Assembly (NCBI GenBank): GCA_002269645.1 | Contig: NIVC01003636.1 | Location: 22,500-86,499, forward strand | Length of the DNA stretch: 64,000 nucleotides | DNA from: Macrostomum lignano | Taxonomy: Eukaryota | Direction: 5' to 3' | Shown here: one piece after another, positions 36,682-48,640 of the stretch | How positions within the stretch are numbered: the stretch's first letter is position 1 | How the letters are laid out: the number at the start of each line of letters is the position of its first letter | The notes under the pieces: model-generated | Told to the model about the DNA's origin: nothing | Databases searched by the model: none | What the model saw: the letters and a program-made list of their open reading frames with translations, nothing else | Translations under genes and position numbers: made by a program

Positions 36682-39600
36682 CTAAACAAGACTCAAGAGA
36701 AATTGCACTCTGAGCCTTAAAATCGCACCTTGAAATTTGGCACAAGGTGCGATTTCGCACCTTATCTCTGGCGAAAAAAAAACCCAGTTTGTTAGCAGTT
36801 ATATAAAGCAAAAAGGGTGATAAGGTAGGCTTAAATCAAAAACAAATAAATCAATGACCATGAGTTTTTGTGTTAGCATGATAGAAGAAGTCAAGCAAGG
36901 TTAGAACAAAATGAACAAAGTAAAAGCAAATATTTGAGATAAAATAGGAAATGCAAATAGGAGTAACAGGTAGATAGAAGAGGGTAGGGAAAAATAAAAA
37001 GGCATATTATTCTTCCATGATATCTCTAACTAGTTTGTTGTCCTCCAAATGCCTTGCTTTTGTTTAAAATGAAAATAGGTAATTAATCATTACTAAATAT
37101 ACCAAAAACTATTTTATTAGTATATCAGATCAGGAAACATAGGCCTATTGTAATTGCTATCTAAATTAAAATACCTAGGAATGTCATCAGTTAAATAGTT
37201 ACTTTATGGTCAAGCTATCAGTTGATAAACTAATTTAATAAATTATCTGCAAAGCAAAGAAAATAAAAAAATATATTTATTTAATTCTAAAATAAGATTT
37301 TGAATATAGGTATATAATATAAGATCATTTTATAGTGTAACAGGGGTTATACTTCTGTCTTTACAAATGATTCCATCTCTGTCACTAAGTTGTTACAGGG
37401 CTTGACTTCTGTCTTTATAAATTGTTCTAATGTTGATAGCTGCCACCAAGACTATTCTATTAATAAATTATAAGTTTATTAATCTTAGAATTAGTCTGAG
37501 AAATGTTTCTTAGAATTAGTCTGAGTATATATCTGAGTAGTTGTCTGAGTATATATTTGAAAATTTGTCTGAGTATATTGTTCTGGTTGCATTCTACTAA
37601 TAATTTGGCCTGAGTGGTATATTGGTCTACTGGTATATGTACTGCATGTACTTCCAATCCTAGGCATTACCAAGATCAGAGGGTCACAGCCTCCAGTTAT
37701 TCTTATATGTATCAATTTAGGATCTACTTTGTATTCTCTTACTACTTCCACTTCTCAGTAGTATATACTGTATATGCTTCGGTCTACTTCACTCTTACTT
37801 TTACAAATGAATAATCTCAGAAAATAGCTTCACTTATATTTGCCTGGAACACTCCTTTCTTAGTATGCTCACTTATTACTTCTTTCTTAGGAACTGCTCT
37901 GGAGCCAGTTGCTCTCTCCTTGGCTCAGATCGCATCTATTTATACTAAAATTTGGAGTAGTTTTAAACAAAAATTAATCTAAGATCATCAAAACATTACT
38001 AGGCATATCATATTCATATGTATAAAAACAAAGGTTTTTTGAGAATCAAAGCTAAGTTCTTTAAGATTTTAAAGGCTATTATAACTTATAATATGACATT
38101 AGAAGATAAAAAGGATAAGATGCATTACTAATGTCTATCAATAATTATAGAAACAATCTTACATTACAAGATTTTCAATGACATTGAAAAAAGTTGACTT
38201 ATACTTATAGCATGTTAAAATTACAATTAATATTGACTCAAACCCCTAACCTAGGTCTCTTTTATTGAAAGCAAAAGCTATTTAAACTTCAAAAAGATAT
38301 TTAAGCCGATTAACTTTATATTTAAAAGCTTACACTAAGTCTAAGGTTTCAAACTGCATGACTGCATGAAAATGCATGACACTAGCAAGGGAGACAAACC
38401 AAGGTGGAGCATGCCCCTATGATAGGTTGAATATATTCCAATGAGCTTAGAACAAAAGCAATTTAAAGACAACTGTGGCTACTTTAAAAGGGGGAAAATA
38501 AAACTGAATAAAAATTGAGCTTGTAAATTTTAGGCAGAGTAGCTGGGCCACAGCAGTCCCACATGGCTTAAAAAAACCCCAAGGGCCAGGGTAGGGGGCT
38601 CAGGGGCTCTTTCCTCTATTGTTAAAATTGGTATAAACATATATTAAGCATAATTTTATTTCTTAGAGACCTTTACTCTTTTTAAAAGTAATAAAAAGAT
38701 ACAAAAGATGTTTTTTTGTGATAGCTATATAGACTATTAAAATTTTTTTTATTTGTTGCAAAATCATGGTTACATAGTGGTAATAATGTTAAAAAGATTG
38801 CCAATGTAACCAGGCAATTTCAAGTTTATTCTATACTTATGTAATAGACAGTGGGGGGGACAGCGCACAAATTCATGTTTATTTAATCTAGAATTTATCA
38901 TTAAATTTCACAATTTTAAGTTTTAAATGGTTTTTACTTTTTTATGGTACATTAAAATGATATACCCTGAAGACCACTGTGCTGAATAAAAATTCTGCTT
39001 GGGAATGTTAAGTATTACTAAACATTCAAATATCCAACTGAAAAATTCTAGGGGGGATTTTGGGAGGAAGCATGTGCCCCTCCCCCTAGTGCCACAAGCT
39101 CCTACTTAAGCAAAGGAAAGTAACAACTAAGCAAGATAAAAGTTAGGCAATGACTAAATGCCATAGCATATTCACATGCTAGTAAAGCTAAAATTGGTCT
39201 TTGTATCTGCTGGGCTGCTGTCTTTGCTTTGCTCCAATTCTTTAGTCAGAGCCTCTTTAGTATTGCTTTGGTCTTCTTTAGTTGTCAAATCATTTTGTAT
39301 TGTCTAAAGTACCTAAATCATCTCCTAGGTAGCCTCGCACACTTTTATTGACTTGCTTCTTGAGCAGCTTGCTTTCTAGCATGGTATCTGCAATAGTGAT
39401 ATAGCATTGACAATTTCATTGATAAGAATCAGGAAGGGAGCATAGTATAGTCTCATGCATTATAGTGATCCTACTTATGAAGGCCTTTGAAACATTTGAC
39501 TTCTTATGGCAAGTGGCTATAAATTTTGTCCAAACCTTAAGTGGTGCTAGCTTTATAAAAATTCTCTAACAGTATTCTATAGGCTTCTGCAAAATACAAA

Positions 39601-40019
39601 ATTATTTAATATTTGAATTTACAATAGTATGTTATAAACCAAATATCAAATATGAATCAATCAAGTAAAGTAGAAAAGGATGACTTTATAAGTTTTGGCA
39701 AGCTCATGTGACTATGTTATATATCATATTTCTTGATAATTTACCCTTTTTAAATGCTTTCTGCAATTAAAAAGGAATAAAAACCTCAATATTTTTTTGC
39801 AACCATGATTTTTTTGCAACCTACATTATAAATCAAATAGCCAAATAACTATGATAGCCATATAAGAATGAACTGAAAATGTAGGTACAATGCCTATTGC
39901 TAGGTTAAGTAGCAATAGGCAAGTAGCAAAGACAAAAACTCTCTTGATCTTTATGTAGCATATGTAAGGTTTTGACACTGCACAGAGCCAAGTACAAGGG
40001 CTATCATAATAGTAGTGCT

Positions 40020-40740
40020 ACTTTTTACTATATCTCTTGTTCTGCTAATCCAAATGACATCATTTTGCACAGATTTATAGTGGCAACTCTGTTCATATTA
40101 ACTTTAACATCATTAAAAGCAGACAATAGAAACAAAAGTTATCAACTAAAATATAGCAGGACTTAATTATAGACTTATAGTAAGTCAACGAGTTAACAAA
40201 ATTTCGAAGTGGTAGCTGATAAATTGGTAACTGTCTACAGTGAATGCTGCAAAATGACTGCAGTAAATGACTGCTAAGACCTATGAGCCAACAAAAGTTG
40301 AGCATGAATCTTGGCTTAACTGTGCCCTGTCCCCCAAAGGGTATATATAATACTCTTCTGAGCAACATTTGAATGCACATCCAAGAGTTTTAGTGGAGCA
40401 AAAAGAGGGAACAAAATCAATAAAGCTGAAGCCTAGTTTGAAATATTCTATTGCTTTAAAAGCTATATGCTTCTCCAAGTTTTTCCATTGATATCTTTTT
40501 GTCACAGCAGCCTAAAAATGTCTGAGTGCATTCAATCAAAAGTACTTTTGCTACTTTCTGCTAGCTTGTCAAATTACTATAAGTCTATGGTTGAGGTCCT
40601 GCTACATTTTAGTTTATAATCTTTGTTTCCATGGTCTGTTTTTAATGATGTTACAGATAATATAAAGGAGAGAGTTGCCACTATAAATCTGTGCAAAACC
40701 AATATTATTCAGATCAGCAGCAAAAGAGATAGTGAAAAGT
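40020..40740. mobile_element. Old inverted repeat (arms ~40020-40190 and ~40565-40740), probable degraded MITE/foldback
   Basis: Shared core ttttgcacagatttatagtggcaactct in opposite orientations, with scattered mismatches elsewhere. Confidence 0.6.
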
Positions 40741-41333
40741 ATAACTACTTTTGGGACAGCCCTTGTACAATGTGTTATACACAATTTGATTTACTGTCAT
40801 TTTCCCTAATGAATTTGACAAGCATAGTTAGGCACATAGGCAGTGCTAGGAAAAATGAGGCTTATCATGTGTATTGGATTATACATTATGACTAGCAAAC
40901 CCTAAAATTATAGAATAAAATAAACAATTGATCCAATATGAATAATACAGTATATATGATATATTATTAGGCCTATGACATTGAATAAAATGCAAACAAA
41001 AGCATAATAATTTCTTTAGTTCCTTATTATATTTTGTCAAAAGTAATAAAAAGTATTGTCATTAAAAATTTCTAACTTACTAAATCTGTCAAAATTTAAT
41101 AACCAATCATGTTGGCTAAATTGGCCAACATTTGCCCATGGATAATTAATCTATTGAGAATATTCTTCACATTTGAAACTATAGAAATTTATATAATGAG
41201 AAAAGTTTTGGATAATTATATTTGCATATCTTATAGCTATCATTACAGACTCAGATTTTCCTAATACCAGTTTCTTGTTTTATAAACTTCAGCAGAATAA
41301 TACTTCAAAAGTCTAACAGCCTTCAACAAAAAT

Positions 41334-41824
41334 ATGTCTACTACCATAGCAGATCCTGCAACTGAGTCTGAGGACTCTAGCAGCGTAGTCATAGTCTGGA
41401 AGTCAGAGTTGTACCAGCTTCAACAGGCTGCACCAAATCCTTTACCAGTGCTGGCAGTGCATCAGCCCCCAAATCCACCAGCTCAGTATGGCCCAGAGTA
41501 TCATGGACCAATTGACAGAGCCGAAACTGAACAGCTATTAGCTAAAGCTGGCCAAGGTGCATTTTTAATACGCGATTCTAGCCGGAATCCCGGACAGTAC
41601 ACCCTGTCAATCAGATTTGATGAAGAGAATAAACATTTTCATTTGTACTATGACTCTGATGTTGGCGAGCATTGGGTTGGAGAGAAACGATTTAACAATG
41701 TGTCAGATCTAGTAGCAGATGGACTGATTCATTTCTATGTTGAGACTAGGGGTGCTCACATATTGAAAGCGTTGGCTCAGGATGCGGCCACTGTGTATGA
41801 GGAGTCGCCCTATTATACTGCTAG
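41334..41824 (+). CDS. CHN: Chimaerin (SH2-C1-RhoGAP), exon 1: SH2 domain
   Basis: YHGPIDRAETEQLL..GQGAFLIRDSSRNPGQYTLSIRF SH2 signature; in-frame TAA at 41298 upstream; donor AG|gtgagc, phase 2. Confidence 0.92.
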
Positions 41825-41924
41825 GTGAGCACATGCTTTATTTATTATCATATCAGTTTCAGTGTTTATTTTTAGACTTCATCAAACCCTTCTGGGTGCC
41901 ACAATAGTACAGCTAGTATATCCA

Positions 41925-42250
41925 ATTCCCTAACAGTACAATCTGCTCTCCTTAATAGTACCATCTGACCCCTAATAGTGCAATCTGACCCCTAATAGTG
42001 CAATCTGACCCCTAAAAGTGCAATCTGACCCCTAATAGTGCAATCTGACCCCTAATAGTACAATCCACCCCAACTAATAGTACAATCCACCCCTCTAATG
42101 TACAAATCACCCCAACTAATAGTACAATCCACCCCAACTAATAGTACAATCCACCCCCTCTAATAGTACAATCCACCCCCTCTAATAGTACAATCCACCC
42201 CCTCTAATGGTGCAATCCACCCTCTAACACTACAATCCACTCCACTAATA
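41925..42250. repeat. ~20-22-bp minisatellite ctaatagt(a/g)caatc(t/c)(g/a)(a/c)ccc in chimaerin intron 1
   Basis: Tandem degenerate units. Confidence 0.85.
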
Positions 42251-42328
42251 CCAAAATCACTTTTCCAATCATAATATCTTAGCAAGGCAATGAATAAATT
42301 GCTCCATGAATACCGCCACGCCACTCAG

Positions 42329-42809
42329 GTACTACACTCTACAAAGTCGGGGCTGGCGCCGTAGGCTCGCGCCAAATTCAGCTGCCGGCGCCAGCGCTAG
42401 CGCGGCAAACTCTGGCGCTAATCTAATCAGACGAGACTCCCGTCTGCTGTACCTGCAACAGCAGGAGCAGCGCCACAGGCGAGCCAGCGAAGATGGCGCC
42501 GCATCCGCGACAAACAATTCCTCAGTGTCATCTCTGTCGCCTAGCATAGCGGCCCCCGTCGCTGTGGTCGTATCTTCCCTGTCTCCGGCTATTCCATCGA
42601 CTAATTCAACTCTGGCATCGGCCTCATCTGGACGAGTTGACGATCGAGATAGTAGCAGTGCAGATGGTGGCAGTAGTTTGAGTTTGAGCTCGGCTAGCTG
42701 TTGCGATACGGGCAAATATGAGAAGGCGCATTGTTTTCGTTTGACTACGTTTAAAGGGCCGCATTGGTGCGATTTCTGCCAGCACTTCATGTGGGGACTT
42801 ATTGCACAG
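42329..42809 (+). CDS. CHN: Chimaerin exon 2: Ser-rich linker + first half of C1 domain
   Basis: Acceptor ccactcag|G gives phase 2 into the ORF frame; [32 protein letters not shown]|gttagc. Confidence 0.85.
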
Positions 42810-42943
42810 GTTAGCGGGGTCTTTGTTTATTGCTGGTTTATTTATGTGCGGCTGGCTTCTTGGCATGCTTAAGCGCAACCTAGGGATTCACCCGGCCGTT
42901 TCTATTGGCAGCACACACATGTAAGTCGCTATTGGACGGAATA

Positions 42944-44249
42944 CGAGGGGCACTAGATAAGTTTCTAGCTGCGGTCGACATGTAACAGTTATAAAGATGA
43001 AACTTTCAGAGCTTTTCAAAGTACTCTCCATCAGCTTGGATGCACCGCCTCATCCGCTCAAACCAAGTTTCAAAGCAGTGGCGCCACTCTGAGTGGGATA
43101 CCCCCTCAACGGCCGATCTATAGGCATCAACAGCCTCTTCGGCGGAGGAAAATCGGCACCCTCGCATGGAATTCTTGATGAATGGAAATAAAAAAAAGTC
43201 ACACGGTGCCAGGTCAGGTGAATATGGTGGATGACTGAGCTGCTGGAAGCCCACCGTCTGTAGAAACTGTCGAGTTCGATTCGCCGTGTGCGCACTGGCG
43301 TTGTCCTGGTGCAGCCAGAGACCTCGAACGCCGCACTTTGGCCGCGCCTCTTTAAGGCTGCTGATGACACGCGGCAGGCAGACGGTGCAGTACCAATCTG
43401 CAGTCACTGTGCGCTGGCTCTCGAGTGCTACAGTCGCAATGTGGCCAGTCTTTCGGAAGAAAGTTGCCACCATTTGCTTGCCAGTGCTCCGACCCCTGAC
43501 AACCTTGGTCGGCGGGGCTTCATCTTCAAAAGCCCACACACGCGACTGGCATTTCCGCTCGGGTTCGTAGCAATACACCCACGTTTCGTCACATGTGACA
43601 ATGTCTGTGACAGACTTCGACGTCCCTCCGCCAAACCTGTCCAGCATTTCCTGGCACCAGCTCATGCGGGCCTGCTTCTGCTCGGTGGTGAGCAAATGCG
43701 GCACCCAGCGACTGGTCAGCTTGCGGACAGCGAGGTGATCACGAAGGATAGAAGCGACTGTCGGCGATGAGATTCCAAGACATGCCTCAATCGTTTGATA
43801 CGTCACTCGCCGATCAGCCTCTATCATGCGCCGCACGCGGTCGATAGTTTCAGGTGTCGTCACTGAAACAGGTCGGCCGGTTCGACCTTCGTCTTCCAAG
43901 CTGTCTCGGCCACGCTTGAACTCCCGGAACCAGGCGGTGACGGTGGCGATGGATGGCGCAAGGTTAGGAAAGGCAGCAGACAGCCGCTCGTGGCACTGGT
44001 GAAATGTCAAGCCGCTCTTAAAATCGTAGAAAATCATGGCACGAAAGTGTTCACGATTGAGCTCCATTACAGTGCTGAAAGAGTCACAAACCTTGTTGAG
44101 ATAAAATGCGACAGTGAGAGAATGGTGACAATTAGGTGCATGAAACTTTGGGGACCATGATAAAACTTCTAATTCAATATGCTCAGAAAATATGGCCTAA
44201 TTTGAATAAACGGTTTGACCGCAGCTAAAAACTTATCTAGTGACCCTCG
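42944..44249 (-). mobile_element. Full-length mariner transposon (1306 bp), irritans/Bytmar1-like termini
   Basis: TA TSD at 42942-42943 and 44250-44251; 33-bp TIRs 31/33 identical (cgaggg.cactagataagttt.tagctgcggtc). Confidence 0.95.
43006..44067 (-). CDS. Mariner transposase, DD34D, intact 353 aa
   Basis: HTH N-terminus, WVPHLL, IVTCDETW, LHQDNASAH, YSPDLAPCD; 34 residues between the 2nd and 3rd D. Confidence 0.97.
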   Translation of the reverse strand: MELNREHFRAMIFYDFKSGLTFHQCHERLSAAFPNLAPSIATVTAWFREFKRGRDSLEDEGRTGRPVSVTTPETIDRVRRMIEADRRVTYQTIEACLGISSPTVASILRDHLAVRKLTSRWVPHLLTTEQKQARMSWCQEMLDRFGGGTSKSVTDIVTCDETWVYCYEPERKCQSRVWAFEDEAPPTKVVRGRSTGKQMVATFFRKTGHIATVALESQRTVTADWYCTVCLPRVISSLKEARPKCGVRGLWLHQDNASAHTANRTRQFLQTVGFQQLSHPPYSPDLAPCDFFLFPFIKNSMRGCRFSSAEEAVDAYRSAVEGVSHSEWRHCFETWFERMRRCIQADGEYFEKL

Positions 44250-44370
44250 TAGTAGTCACGTGACTTGGCAACGTGTGTGTTGCCAATAGAGACGGCCGAG
44301 TGATTCCCAAGGTTGTGCATGTATGGTTCTTGGTGTTTGTAGGAAGAGTTCAAAGGTCAGGATATGTAGC

Positions 44371-45630
44371 TTCAGGGAGTGGTTTATGGGTTCAGTGACC
44401 GATGGTTGCTTCAGGGAGTGGTTGATGGGTTCAGTGACCGATGGTTGCTTCAGGGAGTGGTTGATGGGTTCAGTGACCGATGGTTGCTTCAGGGAGTGGT
44501 TGATGGGTTCAGTGACCGATGGTTGCTTCAGGGAGTGGTTGATGGATTCAGTGACTCATGGTTGCTTCAGGGACTGATGTTGCTTCAGTGACTGATGGTT
44601 AATGGGTTCAGTGACTGGGTGGTTGCTTCAGGGACTGATGGTGGCTTCAGGGACTGATGTTGGCTTCAGGGACTGATGTTGGCTTCAGGGACTGATGGTG
44701 GCTTCAGGGACTGATGGTGGCTTCAGGGACTGATGGTAGCTTCAGTGACTGATGGTTAATGGGTTCGGTGACTGATGGTTGCTTCAGGGACTGGTGGTTG
44801 CTTCAGGGACTGATGGTTGCTTCAGGGACTGATGTTGGCTTCAGGGACTGATGGTGGCTTCAGGGAGTGATGGTTGCTTCAGGGACTGATGGTTGCTTCA
44901 GGGACTGATGGTTGCTTCAGGGACTGATGTTGGCTTCAGGGACTGATGGTGGCTTCAGGGAGTGATGGTTGCTTCAGGGACTGATGGTGGCTTCAGGGAG
45001 TGATGGTTGCTTCAGGGACTGATGGTGGCTTCAGGGACTGATGGTGGCTTCAGAGAGTGATAGTGGCTTCAGGGACTGATGGTTGCTTCAGGGACTGATG
45101 GTGGCTTCAGGGACTGATAGTGGCTTCAGGGAGTGATAGTAGCTTCAGGGAGTGATGGTGGCTTCAGGGACTGATGGTGGCTTCAGGGAGTGATAGTAGC
45201 TTCAGAGAGTGGTGGTTGCTTCAGTGACTGATGGTTGCTTCAGGGAGTGGTTGATGGGTTCAGGGACTCATTGTTGCTTCAGGGACTGATGTTTGCTTCA
45301 GGGACTGATGGTAGCTTCAGGGACTGATGGTTGCTTCAGGGACTGATGGTGGCTTCAGGGACTGATGGTAGCTTCAGGGACTGATGGTGGCTTCAGGGAC
45401 TGATGGTGGCTTCAGGGACTGATGGTTGCTTCAGGGACTGATGGTGGCTTCAGGGACTGATGGTTGCTTCAGGGACTGATGGTGGCTTCAGGGACTGATG
45501 GTAGCTTCAGGGACTGATGGTGGCTTCAGGTACTGATGGTGGCTTCAGGGACTGATGTTGGCTTCAGGGACTGATGGTAGCTTCAGTGACTGATGGTTGC
45601 TTCAGGGACTGATGGTAGCTTCAGAGAGTG
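44371..45630. repeat. Composite minisatellite: 39-bp units then ~20-bp cttcagggactgatggt(g/t)g units
   Basis: Tandem units; the 20-mer looks like half of the 39-mer. Confidence 0.93.
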
Positions 45631-46094
45631 ATAGTACTGCGTTCAGTGTGTGATCTGATCAGTGTGTAAGGATGATGGGATATTGCAGTTTTTCAAAGCA
45701 AATTACATGCATAGTGCATATTGAAAGCAATTTATCCGATATGTTTAACCAGCATACTGCAGTGAATATGGTGTATGCAAATATTTCATCCCAACTATCA
45801 AAACGGACTCTTATTTTCAACATTTTAATGGTTCTATCAATTTTGGTTTCATTAAATTTGCCAAGCTGTAAAGTTACTCCTGTATGCTGCCCATGTGTAG
45901 CCTGCGGCATCTCTCACTCTCGCTGTGTCCCAATTTTCCTGATTCCCACCATCAGCTTGGGATGGTTCTTCCAAGCACCTAATTTTGATCTAAACCACAT
46001 ATTTATAAAATATAAGCACCCTGTCTGATCCTCCTGGTGCACTCTTGTTTAGAACGTTGAACGAAAAAATGGACTGAGGATTAAGACTTGTTAT

Positions 46095-46550
46095 AATAGA
46101 TCCCAAATACTCCCAGATCCCCAATTCTCCCAGATCCTCAATCTTTCCAGATCCTCAGTCTTTCCAGATCCTCAATTCTCCCAGATCCTTAATCCTCCCA
46201 GGCCCTCAATCTTCCCAGATCCTCAATCTTCTTAGATCCTCAATTATTCTCCCAGATCCTAAATTCTCTCAAATCCTCAATTCTTCCCAGATCCTCAATC
46301 TTCCCAGATCCTTAATCCTCCTAGATATTCAATTCTCTCAGATCCTCAAACTTCCCAAATCCCCAATTTTCCTAGATTCTCAATCCTCTCAGATATTCAA
46401 TCTTCCCAGATCCTCAATTCTCCCAGATCCTCAAACCTCACAGATCCACAATTCTTCCAGATCCTCAATCTTCCTAGATCCTCAATCTTCCCAGATCCTC
46501 AATCTTCCAGATCCTCAATCTTCCCAGATCCTCAAACTTCCCAGATCCTC
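46095..46550. repeat. ~17-18-bp minisatellite cccagatcctcaat(c/t)ct, ending just before the chimaerin exon 3 acceptor
   Basis: Tandem degenerate units. Confidence 0.88.
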
Positions 46551-46601
46551 AGTCAACCCAGTGTCGCCACCAACTACAGAGACCCCCAAAACCGTTCTCA
46601 G

Positions 46602-47321
46602 GGCTTCCGCTGCACCGACTGCGGCTTCCAAGCCCACCGTCGTTGCGCTGACCGAGTGCCGCCGCACTGCCTGCCAGATATGAAGTACGTGAAGCGCGTG
46701 TTCGGGTCCGATCTGACCACCCTGGTCAAGGCCACGCCGCCCACCGCGGTACCCGGCGTTCCGGCCGTGCTCGAACGCTGTGTAGACGAGATCGAATCCC
46801 GCGGCCTGGACTCCGAAGGCCTGTACCGGGTGGCCGGTTTTCACGACGATATCGAAGTAATTAAACTGGCATTCGATAAGGAGACACTAGATAATCCTGT
46901 GGATTTGTCACGGTTTGACGACGTTAACACCGTGGCCAGCGTTTTGAAGGCCTACCTGCGCTCGCTGCCCATCCCTGTGATCACCTACGATATGTACGAC
47001 AAGTTCCTGGCTGTTGTACGTCGGGAAGGCGACGATTCAACGGCGCAGTTGAACGCTAGCCTACGCCAGTGCGTGTCGGAGCTTCCGCCGGCGCATCGGC
47101 AGACTCTGAATTATCTGTGCCGACATCTGCACCGCGTGGCTGCTAGGCAACGGATCAACATGATGTCGCCAGAGAATCTGGCTATAGTGTTGGCCCCGAC
47201 TCTGCTAAGATCGCCAAGCGCCGAATACATTGCAGACCCGTTGCGCGTGTTGAATAATGCCAAGTATGAGAGATTGGTAGTTGAGATGCTGATATCGGAG
47301 TATGAGACTGTGTTTGCGTGA
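46602..47321 (+). CDS. CHN: Chimaerin exon 3: second half of C1 + RhoGAP domain
   Basis: ccgttctcag|GFRCTDCGFQAHRRC...C; VFGSDLTTLVK, EGLYRVAG (arginine finger), ENLAIVLAPTL; stop at 47321; 563 aa total. Confidence 0.95.
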   Translation, partial: GFRCTDCGFQAHRRCADRVPPHCLPDMKYVKRVFGSDLTTLVKATPPTAVPGVPAVLERCVDEIESRGLDSEGLYRVAGFHDDIEVIKLAFDKETLDNPVDLSRFDDVNTVASVLKAYLRSLPIPVITYDMYDKFLAVVRREGDDSTAQLNASLRQCVSELPPAHRQTLNYLCRHLHRVAARQRINMMSPENLAIVLAPTLLRSPSAEYIADPLRVLNNAKYERLVVEMLISEYETVFA

Positions 47322-47484
47322 CTGTTTTTAGTCTTTGTTTCAATGTACTTTTTAGCCTATTTTAATTTCCTGCTAGTCTTTTTAACTTTTCTTAATATTG
47401 AAGTTTGTCATGTACTTTGTCTGCCCATTTAGTTCTCTAACTAACCCCATTATATTTACCCATTGTATTCCGCATTATATTCCC

Positions 47485-48640
47485 CATTGAGTCTGATCCT
47501 CAGGGTCTAATTCCTATTGAGTCTGATCCCCAGGGTCTAATTCCTATTGAGTCTGATCCCCAGGGTCTAATTCCTATTGAGTCTGATCCCCAGGGTCTAA
47601 TCCCCATTGAGTCTGATCTCCAGGATCTAATCCCCATTGAGTCTGATCCCCACCATTGAGTCTAATCCCCATTGAGTCTGATCCCCACCATTGAGTCTGA
47701 TCCCCATTGAGTCTGATCCCCACCATTGAGTCTGATCCCCACCATTGAGTCTAATCCTTTGAGCCTGATCCCCACCATTGAGTCTAATCCCCATTGAGTC
47801 TGATCCCCAGGATCTAATCCCCATTGAGTCTGATCCCCACCATTGAGTCTAATCCCCATTGAGTCTGATCCCCACCATTGAGTCTGATCCCCATTGAGTC
47901 TGATCCCCACCTCCCCACCATTTAGTCGAATCCCCATTGAGTCTAATCCTCATTGAGTCTGATCCCCATTGAGTCTAATCCCCATTGAGTCTGATTCCCA
48001 CCATTGAGTCTGATCCCTACCATTGAGTCTGATCCCCACCATTGAGTCTAATCCTTATTGAGTCTAATCCTTATTGAGCCTGATCCCCACCATTGAGTCT
48101 AATCCCCATTGAGTCTGATCCCCATTGAGTCTGATCCCCACCATTGAGTCTGATCCCCATTGAGTCTGATCCCCACCATTGAGTCTGATCCCCATTGAGT
48201 CTAATCCTCATTGAGTCTGATCCCCATTGAGTCTAATCCCCATTGAGTCTGATCCCCACCATTGAGTCTGATCCCTACCATTGAGTCTGATCCCCATTGA
48301 GTCTGATCCCCACCATTGAGTCTGATCCCCATTGAGTCTGATCCCCACCTCCCCACCATTTAGTCGAATCCCCATTGAGTCTAATCCTCATTGAGTCTGA
48401 TCCCCATTGAGTCTAATCCCCATTGAGTCTGATCCCTACCATTGAGTCTGATCCCCACCATTGAGTCTAATCCTTATTGAGCCTGATCCCCACCATTGAG
48501 TCTAATCCCCATTGAGTCTGATCCCCATTGAGTCTGATCCCCACCATTGAGTCTAATCCCTACCATTGAGTCTGATCCCCATTGAGTCTAATCCCCATTG
48601 AGTCTAATCCCCATTGAGTCTGATCCCCATTGAATCTAAT
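47485..48640. repeat. 17/22-bp minisatellite ccattgagtct(g/a)atccc(cac), downstream of the chimaerin stop
   Basis: Tandem units. Confidence 0.93.

Larger units (their letters stand above)
33726..36787. mobile_element. hAT-like MITE (~380 bp native) expanded by nested insertions
   Basis: Perfect 8-bp TSD TTTGTTAG (33718-33725, 36788-36795); termini CAGGGTTTTTTTT / AAAAAAAACCCAG; aaaatcgcacc subterminal motifs at both ends. Confidence 0.8.

Noticed and set aside
42283-42328. Alternative chimaerin exon 2 acceptors at 42283 and 42287
   Set aside because: Both lead to early in-frame stops; only 42329 joins the C1 frame
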